Shown one piece after another: positions 58,321 to 64,000 of a DNA stretch of 64,000 bases. Within the stretch, counting starts at the first letter, position 1. Each line of letters starts with the position of its first letter. The DNA is taken from positions 160,001-224,000 of the forward strand of contig CAWANH010000029.1 in assembly GCA_963783375.1 (NCBI GenBank), written 5' to 3'. Below the pieces are notes generated by a model. It made no database searches. It was not told the origin of the DNA and worked only from the letters and a program-made list of their open reading frames with translations. The stretch is from Candidatus Eiseniibacteriota bacterium (GTDB lineage Bacteria; Eisenbacteria; RBG-16-71-46; JABDJR01). Both the position numbers and the translations under genes were made by a program.

Positions 58321-60113
58321 GGGAGAACGTCCGCAACTTCTGCATCATCGCCCACGTGGACCACGGGAAATCCACCCTGGCCGATCGCCTGCTGGAGCTG
58401 ACCGGCACCCTCACCGCCTACCAGATGAAGGACCAGGTTCTCGACAGCATGGATCTGGAGCGGGAGAAGGGGATCACCATCAAGTCCCACCCGATCACCA
58501 TGGACTATCGGGCGGACGACGGGGTCTCGTACCGGTTGAACCTGATAGACACCCCCGGCCACGTCGATTTCTCCTACGAGGTGTCCCGGAGCCTGGCCGC
58601 CTGCGAGGGCGCGGTCCTGGTGGTGGACGCCGCCCAGGGAATCCAGGCCCAGACCCTGTCCAACCTCATCCTGGCCCGCGAGGCCGGGCTCACCATCATC
58701 CCGGTGCTGAACAAGATCGATCTCCCCGGGGCCCGGCCCGACGCGATCGCCGAGGAGCTGGCGCTCCTCACCGACCGGAATCCAGAGGACATCCTCCGCA
58801 TCTCGGCCAAGACCGGGGAGGGGGCGAAGGCGGTGCTGGCGCGGGTGATCCGCGAGATTCCGCCGCCGTCGCCCGGGGGCGAGAAGACCCGGGCCCTCAT
58901 CTTCGACTCCGTGTTCGACCAGTTCCGGGGGGTGGTGGCCTACGTGCGGGTGGTGGACGGGGAACTCGCGGTGGGCCGGCAGGTGAAGTTCTTCGCCAAC
59001 CAGAGCGAGGTGTACGACGTCCTGGAGGTGGGGATCTTCCGGCTGGACATGATCAAGAAGGACCGCCTCCAGGCCGGCGACGTGGGCTACCTGATCGCCG
59101 GGGTCAGGCAACTGGGCGACGCCAAGGTCGGGGACACGGTGATGGATTTCCGGGATCCCGCCCCCGAGCGGCTTCCGGGTTACAAGCCGATGAAACCGAT
59201 GGTGTTCAGCGGACTCTACCCGGTGGATACCGACGACTACGCCGCCCTCAAGGCCGCGCTGGAGAAGCTCTCCCTGAACGATGCCGCCCTCTCCTTCGAA
59301 CCGGAGAACTCGGAGGCCCTCGGCTTCGGATTCCGCTGCGGCTTCCTGGGCCCCCTCCACCTGGAAATCGTCCAGGAGCGGCTGGAGCGGGAGTACGGGC
59401 TTCACCTCATCGCCACCGTCCCCAACGTGCGCTACCAGGTGCTGCTCACCGACGGCGAGGTGATCATGGTGGAGAACCCGGCCCGGATGCCGGAGCCGGG
59501 GGAGCGGGAGCTGGTGGAGGAGCCCTTCGTCAAGGTGACCGTCCTCGTTCCCGCCGAGTTCGTGGGCAACATCATGAAGCTGGCCCAGGAGCGGCGAGGG
59601 GTCTACCGGGAGATGCACTACCTGGACACCGAGCGGGTCCGCCTGGACTACGAGCTACCCCTGAACGAAATCGTGCTGGATTTTTATGATAGGTTGAAGT
59701 CTTTGTCCAAGGGATACGCCACCCTGGACTACGAGTACATCGGTTACCGGGAATCCGACATCGTCAAGTTGGATATCCTGCTGAACGATCTCCCGGTGGA
59801 CGCGCTCTCGGTTCTGGTGCATCGTGACAAGGCGTTCGAGTGGGGACGGGGCGTGGCCTCGAAGCTCAAGGAGCTGATCCCCCGGCAGATGTTCCAGGTG
59901 GCCATCCAGGCCGCGGTGGGAAGCCGGGTGATCGCCCGCGAGACGGTGGGGGCCATCCGGAAGAACGTCACCGCCAAGTGCTACGGCGGCGACATCACTC
60001 GAAAGCGGAAACTCCTCGAGAAGCAGAAGGAAGGAAAGAAGCGCATGAAGCAGGTCGGGAACGTGAACATTCCCAAGGACGCCTTCCTCGCCGTCCTCAA
60101 GGTGGAACGCTGA
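58317..60113 (+). CDS. lepA: Translation elongation factor 4
   Basis: RNFCIIAHVDHGKSTL, DTPGHVDF, NKID, GFRCGFLG and KCYGGD..RKRKLLEKQK. Confidence 0.98.
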   Translation: MRENVRNFCIIAHVDHGKSTLADRLLELTGTLTAYQMKDQVLDSMDLEREKGITIKSHPITMDYRADDGVSYRLNLIDTPGHVDFSYEVSRSLAACEGAVLVVDAAQGIQAQTLSNLILAREAGLTIIPVLNKIDLPGARPDAIAEELALLTDRNPEDILRISAKTGEGAKAVLARVIREIPPPSPGGEKTRALIFDSVFDQFRGVVAYVRVVDGELAVGRQVKFFANQSEVYDVLEVGIFRLDMIKKDRLQAGDVGYLIAGVRQLGDAKVGDTVMDFRDPAPERLPGYKPMKPMVFSGLYPVDTDDYAALKAALEKLSLNDAALSFEPENSEALGFGFRCGFLGPLHLEIVQERLEREYGLHLIATVPNVRYQVLLTDGEVIMVENPARMPEPGERELVEEPFVKVTVLVPAEFVGNIMKLAQERRGVYREMHYLDTERVRLDYELPLNEIVLDFYDRLKSLSKGYATLDYEYIGYRESDIVKLDILLNDLPVDALSVLVHRDKAFEWGRGVASKLKELIPRQMFQVAIQAAVGSRVIARETVGAIRKNVTAKCYGGDITRKRKLLEKQKEGKKRMKQVGNVNIPKDAFLAVLKVER

Positions 60114-60817
60114 TGTCGGGGGGGACCCGCGCCGGAGAGGCTCTCGGCGGCAAGGAAGAGAAGCGGGGCCGGACCAAGGTCCAGAGGAAGTCGACCGTCC
60201 GCGAGTACGCGGAGGCCATCGTCATCGCGGTGATCCTCACGCTGTTCATCCGAACCTTCGTCATCCAGGCCTTCCGCATCCCCACCGGTTCCATGGAGGA
60301 CACCCTCCTGATCGGGGACTTCCTCTTCGTGAACAAGTTCCTCTACGGAGCCCATGTCCCGTTCACCGACGCGGTCCTTCCCGCGGTGCGCGATCCGAAG
60401 CGGGGGGACGTGATGGTGTTCAAGTTCCCCAAGGACCCGACCCGCGACTTCATCAAGAGGTTGATCGCGGCGCCCGGCGATACCCTGCAGATCATCGACA
60501 AGACGGTCTACCTGAACGGGGAGCCCCAGGACGAGCCGTACGCCCTCTTCTCCAACGCGCGCGTCCGCCCCAGCACCTACAAGAACCCCCAGATCTATCC
60601 CCCCGGCGCGGGGAATCGCGACAACTACGGCCCGATCGTGATTCCTCCCGGGCACTACTTCATGATGGGGGACAACCGGGACAACTCCGACGACAGCCGG
60701 TTCTGGGGATTCCTGAGCCGGGACCTGATCAAGGGGAAGGCCGAGTTCATCTACTGGTCATGGAACAAGGAAAAGACGCGGCCCCGGCTCGGCCGGATCG
60801 GTCGGATCATCCGCTGA
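60113..60817 (+). CDS. lepB: Signal peptidase I
   Basis: IPTGSM, FIKR and MGDNRDNSDDSRFWG. Confidence 0.96.
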   Translation: MSGGTRAGEALGGKEEKRGRTKVQRKSTVREYAEAIVIAVILTLFIRTFVIQAFRIPTGSMEDTLLIGDFLFVNKFLYGAHVPFTDAVLPAVRDPKRGDVMVFKFPKDPTRDFIKRLIAAPGDTLQIIDKTVYLNGEPQDEPYALFSNARVRPSTYKNPQIYPPGAGNRDNYGPIVIPPGHYFMMGDNRDNSDDSRFWGFLSRDLIKGKAEFIYWSWNKEKTRPRLGRIGRIIR

Positions 60818-61983
60818 TCCAGGGTCGCCCGGCTCGTCCCGCCGGCCCGGTCGGGCTCTACGTACACGTTCCCTTCTGCCACGCCATCTGCTCCTACTGC
60901 GCCTTCGCCAAGGGGGAGTACGACGCCGGACGGGCCGATGCCTGGCTCGACGGCCTCGAACGCGAGATCGGGGTTCGGTCCCGCGGAGGCTGGGGGCGCC
61001 CGGAGGTGGACACCGTGTTCCTCGGCGGAGGGACGCCCTCGTCCCTGGGCCCGGCACAGTGGGACCGGCTGGGGACGCTGCTCGCGGGCGGCTTCGAGAT
61101 CCGCCCCGGGGCGGAGTTCACCAGCGAGGCCAACCCCGAGAGTTTCACTCCGGAGATCGCCCGGGCCATGGCCGTGGCCGGGGTGAACCGGGTGAGCCTG
61201 GGGGCTCAGAGCACCGACCCGGAGGAGCTTCGGTTGCTGGGCCGCATCCACGGGTCCGAAGCGCCCGCCCGTGCGGTCCGGATCGCTCGCGAAGCCGGAT
61301 TCGAAAACCTGAACCTGGACCTCATGTACGCCCTTCCCGGCCAGGATGAGGAGACCTTCCGGCGGAGCCTCGGCGCGGTGCTGGACCTGGAGCCGGAGCA
61401 CCTGTCCGCGTACTGCCTGGGGCTCGAGCCGGGGACCGTCCTGGCCGAACGGGTGGCCTCCGGGGCCCTGCCCGCCCCCGAGGACGACCTGGCCCGCCGC
61501 CACTACGATCACCTGGTGGCGGCCTGCGAGGCGCGGGGCTATCCGCTCTACGAGATCTCGAACTTCGCCCGCCCCGGCCGGACCTGCCGACACAACCTGC
61601 GCTACTGGGAGCGCCGCGACTTCCTGGCCCTGGGGCCTTCGGCCCACGGGCTCCTTGACGGCCGCCGCTGGGCCAACCCCGCCACCCTGGAGGGCTGGCT
61701 CGCCGCCTACGCTCCCGGGGGACGGGCCCCGGTCCCGAAGCCGGTGCCCGTGGCCGAGGCCCGGTTCGAGTGGGTGTTCCTGCGACTTCGCCTGCGGGAG
61801 GGGTTCGCCGAAGCCGACTTCGCCGCCGCCTGGGGGGAGCCGGTGGAGGCGGTCTACGGGGAAATCCTGGCCCGGCTCACCGGGGGGGGGCTCCTGGAGC
61901 GGGCCGGGGGACGCGTGCGTCTCGGGGCCGATGCCCGTTTCGTCAGCGATGCGGTCATGGCCGAGTTCGCTCCGGAGCCGTGA
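60760..61983 (+). CDS. hemW: Radical SAM heme chaperone HemW (start uncertain; possibly near 60814)
   Basis: LYVHVPFCHAICSYCAF, GGGTPS, EANP, YEISNFA and HNLRYW. Confidence 0.9.
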   Translation: MEQGKDAAPARPDRSDHPLIQGRPARPAGPVGLYVHVPFCHAICSYCAFAKGEYDAGRADAWLDGLEREIGVRSRGGWGRPEVDTVFLGGGTPSSLGPAQWDRLGTLLAGGFEIRPGAEFTSEANPESFTPEIARAMAVAGVNRVSLGAQSTDPEELRLLGRIHGSEAPARAVRIAREAGFENLNLDLMYALPGQDEETFRRSLGAVLDLEPEHLSAYCLGLEPGTVLAERVASGALPAPEDDLARRHYDHLVAACEARGYPLYEISNFARPGRTCRHNLRYWERRDFLALGPSAHGLLDGRRWANPATLEGWLAAYAPGGRAPVPKPVPVAEARFEWVFLRLRLREGFAEADFAAAWGEPVEAVYGEILARLTGGGLLERAGGRVRLGADARFVSDAVMAEFAPEP

Positions 61984-62591
61984 GCGCGCCCGCCGAGGCC
62001 TCGGAGGGGCGCACGCCGGGGGCCGTGCTCTACCGCCACCGGGGCTGGGTGCCGGTCCTTCCCCTCGCCTTCGCCCTGGCCCTGGCCCGGTTCCGGCCGG
62101 CGGGGCTCGTGGCCGGGCTCGTCCTCATGGCGGCGGGGGAGGCACTCCGGCTCTGGGCGGCGGGGCACCTCGGGCGGACCGCCCGCTCCGCCCGGGTCCG
62201 TGCGGAGAAGCTGGTGACCTGCGGTCCCTACGCTCACACCCGCCACCCCCTCTACGCCGGGAACTTCGCCCTGACGGTGGGCTACGCCACGGCTTCGGGA
62301 GCGGGGTGGCCCTGGTTTCCCCCGGCGGCGGCCCTGGCCTTCATCGCGCTCTACCGGGGCCACGCCCGCCGGGAGGAGGCGGCCCTGGGCGCGGCTCATC
62401 CCGCGGCGTTCGTCGCCTACCGCGCGGCGGTCCCCGGGGTGGGTTGGCGGATCCGGGCCGCGCGGACCCCGGAATCGGGGGAGACCGGGCGGGCCGGCCT
62501 CCGGCGCGCGGTGGGGGTGGAGGCCCTGACCTTGAACGCCGAGCTATGGCTCATCGCGGCTCTCCTCGCCCGATTCACCCTCTTCGGGTGA
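61980..62591 (+). CDS. Isoprenylcysteine carboxyl methyltransferase / phospholipid methyltransferase family membrane protein
   Basis: GTG at 61980; LRLWAAG, LVT.GPYAHTRHPLY.GN and REE..L...Y...VP. Confidence 0.85.
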   Translation: MSAPAEASEGRTPGAVLYRHRGWVPVLPLAFALALARFRPAGLVAGLVLMAAGEALRLWAAGHLGRTARSARVRAEKLVTCGPYAHTRHPLYAGNFALTVGYATASGAGWPWFPPAAALAFIALYRGHARREEAALGAAHPAAFVAYRAAVPGVGWRIRAARTPESGETGRAGLRRAVGVEALTLNAELWLIAALLARFTLFG

Positions 62592-62684
62592 GGGCCTCCC
62601 GGTCGCAATCGTGGAAGTCCGGCCGGGGCGGGCGTTCGAGATGATCGAATCATCAATTCAGGGGTAAATCGGCTCCCCGCCGCC

Positions 62685-62713
62685 TTGTGCGGGGTTTCAC
62701 AAGCCGATATACT
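62685..62713 (+). promoter_or_regulatory. Sigma70 promoter of nuoB overlapped by a Rex-operator-like palindrome
   Basis: TTGTGC-17 bp-TATACT; 62685-62702 reads TTGTGCGGGGTTTCACAA against Rex consensus TTGTGAAnnnnTTCACAA. Confidence 0.6.
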
Positions 62714-62803
62714 GCCTCGCTGATCCGGCGCCCGGACGCCCGCCGCAGCGGGTTCGTGAACAGGTCGGGCTAGAACCTTCAAGGTGCGAAAGAAGGGACC
62801 CGC

Positions 62804-63547
62804 ATGGGACTCGAGAAGGAAGTGCTGAGTCGAATCTTGACTACAAGACTCGATTTTGCCCTGAAGTGGGCCCGAAAGAACTCGGTCTGGCCCATGCCCA
62901 TGGGCATCTCCTGCTGCGCCATCGAGATGATGGCCGTGGCGGCGAGCCGTTACGACATGGCGCGGTTCGGTTCGGAAGTCCTCCGGTTCTCGCCGCGCCA
63001 GGCCGACCTCATGCTCACCGCGGGCACCCTGGTCCACAAGATGGCCCCGGTGGTGAAGAAGGTCTACGAGCAGATGCCCGAGCCCAAGTGGGTGATCGCC
63101 ATGGGCACCTGCCTCTGCACCGGCGGCATGTTCCATTCGTACTCCACCGTGCAGGGGCTGGACCAGGTGATCCCGGTGGACGTGTACGTGCCCGGTTGTC
63201 CGCCGCGCCCGGAAAACCTGATGTCCGCCCTCCAGCACATCCAGAACCTGATCGGTTCCGACGAGCCCCCGAACAAGGCGCGGGCCGCCCACGAGGGGCA
63301 GTGGGAGCTGAGCAAGGTTTTCTACGACAAGTTGTCCGCGGTTCGCGCGAGCCGGCCGGGTCGGGTGATGAAGAGTCCGGGCCGGAGCCTGGAACTGGCC
63401 GAGACCCTGGACGAGACCGGGAACCGGATCCCCCTGGCGAACCCCATGGGAATTCCCGAGGCCGCGGTCAAGGGCGGTTCGGTGGACCTGGCCTCGAGCC
63501 GGTTCCAGCGGCGCCAGGTGGCCGAGCTCCTGAAGAAGGGCGAGTAG
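62804..63547 (+). CDS. nuoB: NADH-quinone oxidoreductase subunit B with a long C-terminal extension
   Basis: [31 protein letters not shown] and [12 protein letters not shown]. Confidence 0.95.
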   Translation: MGLEKEVLSRILTTRLDFALKWARKNSVWPMPMGISCCAIEMMAVAASRYDMARFGSEVLRFSPRQADLMLTAGTLVHKMAPVVKKVYEQMPEPKWVIAMGTCLCTGGMFHSYSTVQGLDQVIPVDVYVPGCPPRPENLMSALQHIQNLIGSDEPPNKARAAHEGQWELSKVFYDKLSAVRASRPGRVMKSPGRSLELAETLDETGNRIPLANPMGIPEAAVKGGSVDLASSRFQRRQVAELLKKGE

Positions 63548-63642
63548 ACGCGAGTGCGGACCCCGCGGCGACGGAGGAGCTTCGTCCGAATCTCCTCCGG
63601 GGTGCCGGCGGCTTCGAAGGGGAAGATCGGAGGACAGGCAAG

Positions 63643-64000
63643 GTGAGCGTCACGGATTTGAGGACCGGACAGGGGCCGGGGACGGGCGGGGGCGGCCTCC
63701 GCACCAAGACCTTCACCCTCAACATGGGTCCCCAGCACCCCAGCACCCACGGGGTGCTTCGACTGGTGCTGGAGCTCGACGGGGAACAGGTGGTGCGCTG
63801 CACCCCCCACTGCGGGTATCTCCACCGGGCCATGGAGAAGCTGGCCGAGGAGAAGACCTTCCACCAGTTCGTCCCCTACACCGACCGCCTGGACTATCTC
63901 TCCCAGCTCTCCAACAACACCGCGTTCATGCTGGCGGTGGAGAAGCTCCTGGGGATCGATGCTCCCCCCGGGCCCAGTACGTGCGCACCATCGGGGTGGA
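63643..64000 (+). CDS. nuoD: NADH-quinone oxidoreductase subunit D, 5' part (runs off the right edge; probable -1 slip in the C6 run at 63964-63969)
   Basis: [23 protein letters not shown] and DRLDY; one extra C restores [11 protein letters not shown]. Confidence 0.93.
   Translation, partial: MSVTDLRTGQGPGTGGGGLRTKTFTLNMGPQHPSTHGVLRLVLELDGEQVVRCTPHCGYLHRAMEKLAEEKTFHQFVPYTDRLDYLSQLSNNTAFMLAVEKLLGIDAPPGPSTCAPSGW

Noticed and set aside
62703-62710. GCCGATAT as a sigma28 -10 box before nuoB
   Set aside because: No TAAA/TCAA -35 at the right spacing; a sigma70 TTGTGC-17-TATACT explains the site better.
62804-63547. Selenoprotein (UGA read-through) candidates, given selC
   Set aside because: NuoB and the radical SAM motifs use Cys codons; the split genes are frameshifts rather than in-frame UGA. 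I saw no convincing case, but could not run a SECIS search.

Overview
Very high-GC diderm bacterial chromosome segment. The lineage is probably FCB-associated, such as Ca. Eisenbacteria, Krumholzibacteriota or Latescibacterota; this is inferred from FlgD-Ig/T9SS-like C-termini, TWGxxK tails, lpxL and the futalosine pathway. In order, the window holds: hutU/hutI; an SgmX-like TPR gene; a PHP gene; an ECF S-component fused to an outer-membrane barrel; comEA; a ~25 kb type IVa pilus locus (pilBTC-SR-A, ABC/TPR accessory genes, pilD, four minor pilins including a PilW-(GT)14-FG-GAP fusion, two GT-C-type glycosyltransferases, pilMNOPQ); aroK and rsmD-coaD-aminotransferase-fmdB-obgE-HEAT-dprA; two paralogous secreted proteins with different C-terminal tags; mqnE-A-C-ubiA-ubiX-menG-lpxL; an amidohydrolase, DUF3467 and a catalytically dead GAF histidine kinase; tRNA-Phe, tRNA-Thr and tRNA-Sec; glmM-glmS-ridA; lepA-lepB-hemW; nuoB and partial nuoD. 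The strongest novelty candidates are a short C-terminal TW(G/S)RxKxxYR tag that behaves like a sorting signal, the S-component/barrel polyprotein, a PilY1-less pilus tip with co-located glycosyltransferases, and sigma28-like motifs before pilus machinery genes with sigma54 motifs before pilin genes. Five single-base frameshifts are most likely sequencing errors. No mobile elements or CRISPR arrays were seen. All family calls come from motif recognition by eye, not from database searches.
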